Source: Octopus sinensis (lineage: Eukaryota). From it: 64,000 nucleotides of DNA. This document shows positions 27,713-38,531 of this stretch, one piece after another. Position 1 is the first letter of the stretch; each line of letters opens with the position of its first letter. A program made the position numbers and the translations under genes. Below the pieces are notes generated by a model. It had not been told where the DNA came from and searched no databases. It worked only from the letters and a program-made list of their open reading frames with translations. The stretch spans positions 2,574 through 66,573 of the forward strand of contig NW_021833641.1 in NCBI RefSeq assembly GCF_006345805.1, read 5' to 3'.

Positions 27713-28408
27713 AAATTGGACCAATACGGTAATAACGAATTTTTAGAGATTTCTATCGGTTTGTTTCGAGACGCATAAATCTAATGGTTATCGACATTTT
27801 TTTTTGTTTCGGCGTATCTGGCATTAGAATTTTTCTTCTGCCCTTATCTTGTAAATTATGTATAAATTTTACCTTTAAAGGCATTTTTTGATACGCTGGC
27901 CATTGATAAAATTTTTTTCCCGAAAAAAATTTTATCCTATATCAATTATAAATAGATTAGTATTTCACTTCCGGATTCTATCACTCTGTGAAAGTTTCTA
28001 GTTCGAATCCCACGTGTCTCGAGGTGCGCCTAAGATTTTTCTATTTGGATATATTTGGGGTACTTAACTCTGCTCGAGGCTTGGTGCTTGCTTCTTCCGT
28101 GGGTATGAAGAAGTACTTCATTTATATCTCGCGTATGTGCCGCTGAAGAGGGGAAAATTTCTTGTGAATTAACCCCGAAATTGGACCAATACGGTAATAA
28201 CGAATTTTTTAGAGATTTCTATCGGTTTGTTTCGAGACGCATAAATTTAATTGTTATCGACAATTTTTTTGTTTCGGCGTATCTGTCATTTGAATTTTTC
28301 TTCTGCCCTCATCTTGTAAATTACGTATAAATTTTACCTTTAAAGGCATTTTTTGATATGCTGGCCATTGATAAAATTTTTTTCACGAAAAAAATTGTAT
28401 CCTATATC

Positions 28409-28414
<6 letters not shown>
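27713..28414 (+). mobile_element. Non-coding 1.5-mer of a 466-nt unit carrying an intact hammerhead (retrozyme-like or PLE pLTR tandem)
   Basis: 27713-27950 repeated at 28179-28414; (TA)n on both sides; no recognisable ORF. Confidence 0.75.
28138..28197 (+). ncRNA. Type-I hammerhead ribozyme, canonical core
   Basis: Stem I TGCCG/CGGTA; CTGAAGA 28143-28149; stem II GGGG/CCCC; GAAA 28178-28181; stem III ATTGG-A-CCAAT; predicted AUA cleavage after 28192. Confidence 0.8.
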
Positions 28415-28450
<36 letters not shown>

Positions 28451-28486
28451 CGAAACTAACTATGACTTAATTTTTCCTATCACACC

Positions 28487-28537
28487 GTCTCCGATAAAGG
28501 GATATTATTAATTAAATCCTAGAAACAGCAGTAAGAC
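28487..28537 (+). ncRNA. Degenerate minimal hammerhead, family E
   Basis: Stem I GTCT/AGAC; core CCGATAA; AGGGA..TCCT stem II; GAAAC-AGCA-GT-A. Confidence 0.45.
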
Positions 28538-28574
28538 CTATCTATAAACGGTCTAATATCTATACAGCCTTGGT

Positions 28575-28616
<42 letters not shown>

Positions 28617-28617
<1 letters not shown>

Positions 28618-28810
28618 TAATCCAAACATGAAAACACAAAGAGAAAACACAACAACACGAGGACGTGGAACTAGTATAGTATTATTGGACGCTCAGGAAG
28701 GAAGGGAAGACGGAGGGTTTAACGTTTCGAGCGGAGCTCATCGTCAAAAACATAGGAAAAGGAAAGATCCGGAGAAAGGAAGACGGAGGAAAAAAAATCG
28801 CAAACGGTTC
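28617..28810 (-). mobile_element. Hammerhead family A element; motif at 28717-28751
   Basis: Minus strand GTTT-TTGACGA-T-GAGC(TCC)GCTC-GAAAC-GTT-AAAC (C3>T). Confidence 0.65.
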
Positions 28811-28859
28811 ACACACACACACCACACACACACACACATATATATATATGTAATGTATG

Positions 28860-29075
28860 TGTGTTCTTGTCCTCCCACCATTGCTTGACAACCGATGATG
28901 GTGTGTTTACGTTCCTGTAGATTGGATGTTCGGCTAAAGAGAACGATAGGACAAGTACTAGGCTTACAACCAACAAGCCCTGGCGTCGATTTGTTCAGCT
29001 GAAACCATTTAAGGCGGTGCTCCTGCATGGCCACAATGCCTGAAACAAGCAAAAGAATAGAATAATAAAAGAATA
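28860..29075 (+). mobile_element. SINE family 3, 3' half
   Basis: GCTTGACAACCGATG...GGCGGTGCTCC...GAAACAAG. Confidence 0.7.
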
Positions 29076-29637
29076 CATACTATGAAATCAGTAAAACCTG
29101 CAATCTCAAAATATTTCCCATTTGCGTTACCATAGTATTTCATTTGTCTATTATCAAGATGAAGTCCTTTTATGACATAAACTAGTTTATATACAGTAAA
29201 AACCCAACAATTATCTGTCCTATTGATCTTCCATAACGCTAACATAAAAAAAATATTTAGTTCACATTTGTTAAATCTTTGTCGTTGTACTTCGTTATAA
29301 ACGAAACCCTTTAATATAACCAAACGGTTGTGATATCTATTTAATTATTATTTTTGTGTTGTTGCTATTGTCGTATTATTATTCAATTATGAATTAGCTA
29401 GAAAATATTGAATGTGACCTCTTTGTCATTAACAGTTATTAATGTTTTGAAACGAATAAAATAACAATGATTCACATGAAATATTAATATTCATTATAAA
29501 TATAAAAAATATGTATTGCTCTCCACTACATGTGGTTTGCTATATAAATTGAGACACACATATATTATATATATATATATATTATATATATAATATATAA
29601 TATAATATATATATATATATATATTATGTATATATAT

Positions 29638-29703
<66 letters not shown>

Positions 29704-29724
29704 CTATAATAAATATTAGGGAAT

Positions 29725-29939
29725 GAATCCAAAATTACAGGGAAAAATAAGATTTAGGGTTAAATCCAATTTTATAGTAAAATATTATATAATATAATTC
29801 GAGACCAAAACCACTATTTTAAAACCAAACAAGGAAGACTTAGAAACAATTGTAGTGGCGGTTTATTTAATTTATATTAAAATTTATGTATTGATTAGTC
29901 TTTCTTGTTTGGTTTTAAAATAGTGGTTTGTTCTCGAAT

Positions 29940-29950
<11 letters not shown>
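29725..29950. mobile_element. PLE-type short element with 5' inversion; retains only the 3' half of a hammerhead
   Basis: Inverted arms 29787-29840 and 29897-29950; GAAACAATTGTA at 29843-29854 just inside the left arm. Confidence 0.55.
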
Positions 29951-29970
<20 letters not shown>

Positions 29971-30113
29971 GTTATTGCTCTCGACTACATGTGTATGCTA
30001 TATAAATTGAGACACACACATATTTATATAGGAATCGAACTTTCTTCAATGCAGTTAAACTTACGCCCTCATTTGTATCTACCCCTTTTGATGTTTGGGA
30101 ATCTCTGATGTTT

Positions 30114-30201
30114 TTTCGGCTGACGAGTACGAGCCATCTATATTTACTGCATTTTTTGTAGCTTATTAAAGATGCCCTCGTACGAAACAATTGTACCGAG
30201 A
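30114..30201 (+). ncRNA. Type-I hammerhead ribozyme, canonical core
   Basis: Stem I TTTCGG/CCGAGA; CTGACGA 30120-30126; stem II GTACGAG/CTCGTAC; GAAA 30184-30187; palindromic stem III ACAATTGT; predicted GUA cleavage after 30195. Confidence 0.85.
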
Positions 30202-30241
30202 TTTTAATCCATTCTTGTTGCTTTTTTCCTATATTATATAT

Positions 30242-30272
<31 letters not shown>

Positions 30273-30285
30273 ATATATATATATA

Positions 30286-30334
<49 letters not shown>

Positions 30335-30339
<5 letters not shown>

Positions 30340-30700
30340 ATCCAAACAAGAAAACACGAAAAAGCAAAAAAACACAACAACGCGAGGACGTAGAAACCAT
30401 AAAGTATTATTGGACGCTCAGGAAAGAAGGGAAGAAGGAGGGTTTAACGTTTGAGCGGAGCTCTTCGTCGGAAACATAGGAGAAGGAAAGATCCCGAGAA
30501 GGAAGACGAGTGAAAAAAAATCGCCAGCGGTACCACGAGGGTCACGAGTAAACACATAAATGTGAAAAAGGTGGAAAAAAACGAGTACTCAAACACCAGT
30601 GGTAGAGTAATATGCTTTATTTAAAAACAGCAGAAATTCAACAAAACCTGTTACTCCTAGTTTCACGTTCCCGTTCGTCGACAGTTTTTGTTAAAATTTC
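30335..30700 (-). mobile_element. Composite of a family C element (motif 30648-30685) and a family A element (motif 30442-30475)
   Basis: Minus strand ACTGT-CGACGA-ACG(GGAA)CGT-GAAAC-TAGGA-GTA-ACAG, then GTTT-CCGACGA-A-GAGC(TCC)GCTC-AAAC-GTT-AAAC. Confidence 0.6.
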
Positions 30701-30750
30701 AAATATATATTTTATATATATATATATATAATAATAATATATATATATAT

Positions 30751-32300
30751 TAGCAAGTATACCCGGCCATGCTCTGGATTAAGTAGCATAACTGGTAAGT
30801 CGCGAAACCCCCAATCGTGATATTTTACTGTTCCTCTGTGGTAACTCCTTCCTTGCAAATATTAGGTTGTCCGGAAAGTTCGTACCGATTTTTAAAGGAA
30901 ATGAAAAGGTCAATAAATATTTGCCATTACATTTTTAATCAACCAAATACGAACCATTTTCTTGCACAATGCGTCTCCATCTTTCCTTAAACTTGAAAAT
31001 ACCCTCTTCCCAGAACTGAGGTGGTTTCATGGCAAATAATTCATCAAGGTATCTTTTTACGTCATCCATGGAATTGAAATTTTTACCATTAAGACTATTC
31101 TGCAGAGACCTGAATAGGTGGAAATCCGAAGGAGCAATATCTTCTGAATATGGAGGGTGGGGTAACATATCCCAGCCGAGCTGCAGCAATTTTTGTCTGG
31201 TTCCCAAAGCATCAAGAGCTGAAAATGAACTTTGTTAACTTCCATTTTAAAGGGTTACAGAATTAACACAGGTTAATAAACCTTCTTCCATGAAAAGATA
31301 GCTTAAACTGTGCTCTAAATGGAGGTGTAGTCAAATCCTATTTTATGGACTCAACCATGTTCTAAAATAAGTCGAAAGTTAAGCTACTATAAATCGGTAC
31401 GAACTTTCCGGACAACTCAATATATGTGGTAGTCATCTGTTCCACATGGGAAAATAAATCAATGGACACATCAAACGATCTTAGGATCGCTGCAACTCTG
31501 AAATTCTCAATCCACCTTGTTTTAAGTGACGAACAACATCTCTATTTTCTGTAGGCTCATTTGGCATTAAAGTGGGACCTTCAACCCTTGTTGGTTCATT
31601 GAAACGCCGAGCATGTTCTCCCTTGGCACGCTTATTTTCTCGAAGTTGATGGTTAATTTGACCTTGGATTCTTATAGATGGATTCCAGCCTTGGACACAT
31701 GCATCTTTGTGACAAAAGCTGGTCAAGGCAAACAGAGAGTTGTACTCGCTGGGCCTTGATAAAAAGTGTGGATCCAGTGTAACCTTTCCATTTGGACAGT
31801 ACATCCCTGGTGATTCTCCAGTAAATTTCTGCAGCACTGACAAAATTTGGTCGTTTATCCAATTGCAACCATGTTACAGAGGTCATTTTTGTCATACAGT
31901 AATGCAAAATCTTTAGCATTTTGAATCTCAAGTTGTCTTAAAATTTGATACCTGCTTCTATCAGCAATAAAACGCTGTTGTCTCTCTTCTTCAGACTCAT
32001 TTCTTCTTGCAACCATATTGCGAAATCTATCAACAATCAAATGTTTGTTTTCTCTCTTCTTCAGGCTCACTCCTTGCAACTATCTGGCGAAATATAACTC
32101 GTACCTCTCTTTCTTGGCGCTCACCAATGGTTTCATTTTGCCGAGACTCTGTTTGTCTCTGTCTTTCTCTAGAAAGTCTTCGTCCCTTGCATCACAGCTT
32201 TCAGATTGGCGAAACTCTCTTTGTCTTTGGCTTTGCCTAGAAAATTCGTTCTTCTCTTGCATTACAGATATCAGATTCATGATGTAGCTTCATCCTTTGT
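30751..32300 (-). mobile_element. Internally deleted Helitron (Rep N-terminal region joined to a 3' terminus), interrupted by a mariner
   Basis: RRNESEEERQQR, KFTGESPGMYCPNGKVTL, YNSLFALTSF, SIRIQGQINHQL and GGLRISELQRS are Helitron RepHel N-terminal motifs; minus-strand end CCAGAGCATGGCCGGG-TATACTTG-CTAA resembles the hairpin-CTAG terminus. Confidence 0.75.
30862..31420 (-). mobile_element. 559-bp internally deleted mariner with 30-bp TIRs and TA target duplication
   Basis: TIRs TTAGGTTGTCCGGAAAGTTCGTACCGATTT (30862-30891) and its near reverse complement at 31391-31420; peptide HPPYSEDIAPSDFHLFRSLQNSLNGKNF. Confidence 0.95.
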
Positions 32301-32483
32301 ACATGTGGATTATTTGCATAAATGGACTTCATTTTCTGTGGCATAATGGGTGTCTGAAGAAAGATTAATAAAAATAAAATTCTAAAAGATTAGCGGCATC
32401 CACTAATAATTTTTCATGCCATAATTCTTGTGAAGTTTTTTGATAGATAAAAATATATAAATTTGCAGACTTTTTCTATGAAA

Positions 32484-32780
32484 GACGGGTAACTCCTGCT
32501 CCAGAGTGTCGGCTGCGGGGTCACTCCGAAAAGCTTTATCTGCGACGATTTCATCTCAATCGAAGGAGAGGGGCTTTCTCCGTCCGGGTTGCGGATCCTT
32601 GGAATAAGCTGCCGGATGAGATAGTGAAGATGCCGACCACCGCTCGGTTCAAAGTCTCTCTTGACCAGAAATGGCCTGAACTCTTTGCATGACCACCCTC
32701 CCTGTACATAACTCCATGTCCTCCTACATGACCTTGCTTTTTGCTTTTTGAGCCAAAAAATTAACTTAACTTAACTTAAT
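32484..32780 (+). mobile_element. CR1-type LINE 3' end with (TTAAC)n tail
   Basis: LRGHSEKLYLRRFHLNRRRGAFSVRVADPWNKLPDEIVKMPTTARFKVSLDQKW..* (stop at 32690-32692). Confidence 0.85.
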
Positions 32781-32899
32781 TAATAGAAAAGCTCCTGATA
32801 ATAGAGATTCAAATACTCAAGTTATGGGCTTCCAAACTTTGTCAATATAAGGGGGTTTATACACACACGCACACACACATACAGGCAAGCTCTGTCTTG

Positions 32900-33035
32900 T
32901 AAAATTCCACTGGTTACGACATATGATCCAGTTGAACTGATCAACAGAACTGTCATCTCGTGAAATTAACGTGCAAGTGGGTAAGATTTGTTGTGACACT
33001 GAATGTGATAAGGCTGGGCCTTTTAATTACAGGTA
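32900..33035 (-). mobile_element. SINE 3' fragment, family of 42391-42888
   Basis: CTCGTGAAATTAACGTGCAAGTGG block. Confidence 0.6.
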
Positions 33036-33183
33036 CGATTCATTTTTGCCCAATGAACGAACTGGAACACCGAGAAATAACGTGTATTGTTGAATGATAT
33101 AACGCGTCAATGGCAATCGTATTCATTACAGTCGGATCGCGATGGTTAGTATTTAAGCATATAATATGTACAAATATGAAAAT

Positions 33184-33602
33184 CTCTTTACTCTTTACTC
33201 TTTTACTTGTTTCAGTCATTTGGCTGCCGCCATGCTGGAGCACTGCCTTTAGTCGAGCAAATCGACCCCGGGATTTATTCTTTGTAAGCCTAGTACTTAT
33301 TCTATCGGTCTCTTTTGCCAAACCGCTAAGTAACGGGGACGTAAACACACCAGCATTGGTTGTCAAGCAATGCTAGGGGGACAAACACAGACACACAAAT
33401 ATATACACACACGTAAATATATATATATATATACATATATACGACAGGCTTCTTTAAGTTTCTACCAAATCCACTCACAAGGCATTGGTCGGCCCGAGGC
33501 TATAGTAGAAGACACTTGCCCAAGGTGTCACACAGTGGGACTGAACCCAGAACCATGTGGCTGGTAAGCAAGCTACCTACCACACAGCCACTCCTGCGCC
33601 TA
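33184..33602 (-). mobile_element. Full-length SINE family 3
   Basis: Head to tail collinear with 58992-59400. Confidence 0.9.
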
Positions 33603-33924
33603 GAAACTATTTCTAGATAATTTCTATTCGTTCCTCTATTGTCGTAAAAGTTTGGTATATACTCAAAAGTCTTCAAAAAATTTTTATCCTTTTTTTTCAT
33701 CCATCTATTAGGGAGATAGGCTTATAGATTTTAGCGTCTGCTCTGCTTCCTCCTTTAAGGATGGGGCATATTATTCCCTCCTTATGGTCACAACATATTA
33801 TCTGAACCTACAAGGAAGCTTACTAAATAGATGACTGTTCACTGCAATGTGCCAATTAGAGATTTGATTCTCTAACACATACACACACACACACGCACAC
33901 ATATGAATATATATATCAGTAAAA

Positions 33925-34115
33925 TAATATGTGATAATTGTTCAATAGCCAAGATAAAACTCTGAGTTGTAGATTTTCAACCTCGGCATCCGAAACTCAG
34001 AGTTCTATCTTAGCTATTGAATAATTGTCACATATTATTTTACAGATAAATTTCCTCTATTTACATAATATTGAGGTCTCTTTCTTTCTTTTGTTATCTT
34101 ACCGTTTTTACCAAT
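33925..34115 (+). mobile_element. Hammerhead family D short element with 5' inversion
   Basis: AGATAAAACTCTGAGTT inverted against GAAACTCAGAGTTCTATCT; 3' part homologous to 34340-34420 in reverse. Confidence 0.6.
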
Positions 34116-34418
34116 ATATATAATAAAACAGGGTAATAATAAATTATTATTACCAGTGGCCTAGCACAAAAAACGAATTAGTCATTAGACTATATATTAT
34201 TCATATAGAAATACAATAAGAGGCTATAGTTGAGATGGTAAATGTTTTTAATTTTCATTCCTTTCATGAATTTATCCCTTTATGTGTTCTAGCACAACGC
34301 TTCCCTACTTGGAAGCCTCTTATTGTATATATATATATATATATATATATTGATAAAACGGTAAGATAACAAAAGAAAGAAAGAGACCTCAATATTATGT
34401 AAATAGAGGAAATTTATC

Positions 34419-35550
34419 TATACAATATGTTACATTACTCGGTAGTCAAGATAAAACTCTGAGTTTCAGATGCCGAAGTGGAAATCCACAACACCATCTC
34501 TTCGGTTATCTGGCTATTTGAAAACGTTATGAAAAAATACCGTTAAATAAAGGGAAATTACTCTGTTATAACTCTGCTTGCCTGCGTACTTATACATCGC
34601 TCGCATTTTTCGTCATAAAAATTATATAAAAATACATAAAAATTATATAAAAATATATAAATTGTTCTTGGGACATAACATAGAAAGCATGTTCTATCTG
34701 TTTTCTTTAGGGGACCAAAAACGTAACAGAAACTTAGTCACATGTTCAACTACCAATTTTGAAAACATAATCAAACATAACATACAAGAAACACAAGAGG
34801 AAAACAGCTGTTCATGCAGGAATAAAGAATAGTGCCCGCTAAATGGAGCTTGCATGTCCAAGACCATCATATATGAAGCTACCGTAAACTCTATAACCAC
34901 TAAAGACACCGTTTCGACGAAGAAATACGTGGGCCTTACAGAGGGTAATTTCAAGGCCAGGTCAATAACCACACTTTGAGCTTTAGGCACTGGAACAAAA
35001 AAAAGCGACACAATTGTCTAATCATATTTGGTCTTTAAGAGATAAAGGTGTCGATTATAACATACAATGGAAGATTTTGGCCAGATGTAAGCCCTATACT
35101 AACAGCAGCGGAAGGTGCGGTCTATGCGACATGGAGAGATGGCTTATCTGGAAAAGCAGCTTAGACCCTACTACATGTCTAAATACAAGGACAGAGCTTT
35201 TCGGATCATGCCCACATGTGACTAAGTTTCTGTTACGTTTTTGGTCCCCTAAAGAAAACAGATAGAACATGCTTTCTATGTATGTCCCAAGAAGAATTTA
35301 TATATTTTTTATATATTTTTTATATATTTTTTATGTATTTTTATATAATGTTTATGACGAAAAATGCGAGCGATGTATAAGTACGCAGGCAAGCAGAGTT
35401 ATAACAGAGTAATTTCCCTTTATTTAACGGTATTTTTTCATAACGTTTTCAAATAGCCAGATAACCGAAGAGATGGTGTTGTGGATTTCCACTTCGGCAT
35501 CTGAAACTCAGAGTTTTATCTTGACTACCGAGTAATGTAACATATTGTAT
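34419..35550 (+). mobile_element. 5'-truncated Penelope-like element: GIY-YIG region (34748-35265) flanked by ~330-bp inverted pLTR copies
   Basis: CPLNGACMSKTIIYEATV..KYVGLTEGNFKAR..LSNHIWSLRDKG..CGLCDMERWLI..LNTRTEL..CPH; arms 34419-34745 and 35214-35550. Confidence 0.9.
35459..35521 (+). ncRNA. Hammerhead-like motif in the PLE 3' UTR, family D (mirror copy at 34449-34511, minus strand)
   Basis: Stem I AGATAA/TTATCT; CCGAAGA; GATG/CATC; GAAA-CTC-A-GAG-T-T. Confidence 0.5.
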
Positions 35551-35574
35551 ATATATATATATAGATATATATAT

Positions 35575-35610
<36 letters not shown>

Positions 35611-36744
35611 GTATGTATGTGTATCTATATGTATATATATATATAGTCTGCGTATGTGTGTCTGTGCGTGTATGTATTTTTATCTTTGTGGTTTTTTATG
35701 GACCTCCCTATCTGCCTATCGGTGATAGTTCGTTTACGTCCCCTCATCGTCTTGTTTCGGCCGTAAATGGGAGCCAAATAGAAAGTGCGCGACTCAAAAT
35801 AAAAGTAAATAAGCACTGGGTTGCGATAGCTTGACTAAAAATCTGCAACACGGCGCCATAGCATGACTGCAATCTAAAAACTGGAACATGTAGAAGATAA
35901 AACATGTAAGATGGCAACTGAAGCCTCGGTCTTCCGTAGAAACCATCATTTTTAAGGACAAGGTTTGCCAAAATGTTCAAACATCGTAGACGGTTTCACC
36001 TGATAGTTTTCGTGACAAAAAATTGGCATCAACCTGCGATGTATTAATTCTCCTGATTTAGGTTTGGCGTAGACGCATGATCACGTGAAAAATCTTTAAA
36101 GAAACAAAATCTCTAATTGGCGCATCGCAGTGAATAGTCATCTACTAATTTCAAAAAATCTATTCTGTAAGATTCCTTGTCACTTCTGAAGATATGTTAG
36201 GACCAAAATCTGAAGACGCGACTGTGCAATTAATAATTCATCACCTACATAAATTGTAACATATGAAGTAAAAATAAAGAATACAGAAAAAAGTTTTAAA
36301 ACGGAAAACAAAATAAAAATACAAAGTAGAAAAGTAAAATATATAAGATAGGAATGAAATAGAATGTAAAAAAGATAAAAATTCAAATTAAAATAAATTG
36401 AAAAAAAACATTAAGTAAAAATAGGCGAAATAAGTAAAAAAAATAAATATAAAAGAATTAGGTAAAAAAGAATAAATAAAAATATAATAAATTTTACAAA
36501 ATTAAGTAAAAAATAAAAAATAAAATTAACGGTTAAAAGACACAAAAATAAAAATAAAAAAACAATTTTGAATAATGAAATAAAAGATAAAATAACAGAT
36601 AAGATATGAAATAAAAATAAAAATAAAATCTAAATTGAAATAAAGTAAATAAAATGGGAAAAAAAATATAAATAAGAAAGCCTCCCAGAAATAATGACAA
36701 CACTATTTTTCCCCATGCTAAAATATTCGCCAAAAAATATCTAA

Positions 36745-36860
36745 AGATCTGATTGGTCGTTTGATTGCGTTGACACCTGTCACTTAGTGTGTCTTGTTCA
36801 TAATATGTGAGAAAGACATTTGAACAACAACAACGTCAACAACAAAAATGGTAAACCAAA
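36745..36860 (+). promoter_or_regulatory. Candidate Pol II promoter and first exon ending at ATG|GT
   Basis: Reverse CCAAT at 36752-36756; TGACACCTGTCA at 36771-36782; CAACAAAAATG|GTAAAC at 36848-36856; then a ~190-bp T-rich intron-like stretch ending TTTTTTGTTAAAG at 37039. Confidence 0.35.
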
Positions 36861-37399
36861 TTATAAGCAATGATGCTTCTGTATTTTTTTTCTTATTTTA
36901 TTTCTTTATCGCTTTTACTCTCTTCTTATCTTTTCAAGTTTATTTGTTATTTATATTTCTGCTTTTTTTTTGTCTGGCTTTTTAAAAAAAAAAAACAACT
37001 TATTTTTATTTATTGTTATTTATTATTTTTTTGTTAAAGATTGTCTGTTGGAACAGAATTAACATACATTGTCTCCAAGATGGTGTGAGAGCTTTTGTAA
37101 CAGGAACGAAACAACTTAAATAATGAGCCACAGTTTTCGCTGAATCAATGTAAATGATAATGATGATGATGATGATGATGATGATAATGATGATGATGAT
37201 GATGAAAATGATGATGGCAGCAACAACAACAGCAACTACAATTTTTTAAAAATTTCTTTACTGCCCACAAGGGCAACAATTCTAAAAAAATGAAATAAAA
37301 TATAAAATAACAGATACGATATGAAATAAAAATAAAAATAAAATCTAAATTGAAATACAGTAAATAAAATGGAAAGAATAAGAAAAAAGAAATTGTTGT

Positions 37400-38320
37400 T
37401 TACCCCGAATGGATGAAAGGCAAAGTCGACCTCGGCGGAATTTGAGCTCAGAACGAAAAGACAGACGAAATACCTATTTTTTTACTGCCCACAAGTGGCT
37501 ACATACAGAGGGGATAAACAAGGATAGACAAACGGATTAAGTCGATTATATCGACCGCAGTGCGTAACTGGTACTTACTTAATCGACCCCGAAAGGATGA
37601 AAGACAAGGTCGACCTCGGCGGAATTTGAACTCAGAACGTAACGGCAGACGAAATACCGCTAAGCATTTCACCCGGCATGCTACCGTTCCTTATTTCTTT
37701 ATTGCCCACAAGTGGCTAAACACAGAGGGGACAAACAAGGACAGACAAACGGATTAAGTCGATTATATCGACCCCAGTGCGTAACTGGTACTTAATTTAT
37801 CAACCTCGGAAAGGATGAAAGGCAAAGTCGACCTCGGCGGAATTTGAACTCAGAACGTAGCGGCAGACGAAATACTGCTGAGTATTTTGCCCGGCCTGCT
37901 AACGTATCTTTTTTCTTTACTGCCCACAAGGGGCTACACACAGGTGGTGGGCAAGGACATACAAACGGATGAAGTCGATTATATCGACCCCAGTGCATAA
38001 CTGGTACTTATTTAATCGACCCCGAAAGGATGAAAGGCAAAGTTGACTTCGGCGGAATTTGAGCTCAGAACGTAACAGCAGACGAAGTACCTATTTCTTT
38101 ACTACTCACAAGGGGCTAAGCATAGAGAGGGACAAGAAGGACAGACAAACGGATTAAGTCGATTATATCGACTCCAGTGCGTAACTGGTACTTATTTAAT
38201 CGACCCCGAAAGGATGAAAGACCAAGTCGACCTCGGCGGAATTTGAACTCAGAACGTAGCGGCAGACGAAATACTGCTAAGCATTTCGCCCGGCCTGCTA
38301 ACATTTCTGCCAGCTCACCG
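37400..38320 (-). mobile_element. Head-to-tail array of about five SINE family 2 units
   Basis: Unit junctions near 37473, 37690, 37908 and 38090. Confidence 0.9.
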
Positions 38321-38443
38321 TCTTACAAGTACAATCTTTTTTCGAATTTTGGTACAAGTCCACGAAGTACAGAGAAGCCGGTTTGTCGATTACTTAGTCC
38401 CCAATGCTCAATTGGATTTTATTTCCCCAACTTGAAAAAATGA

Positions 38444-38531
<88 letters not shown>

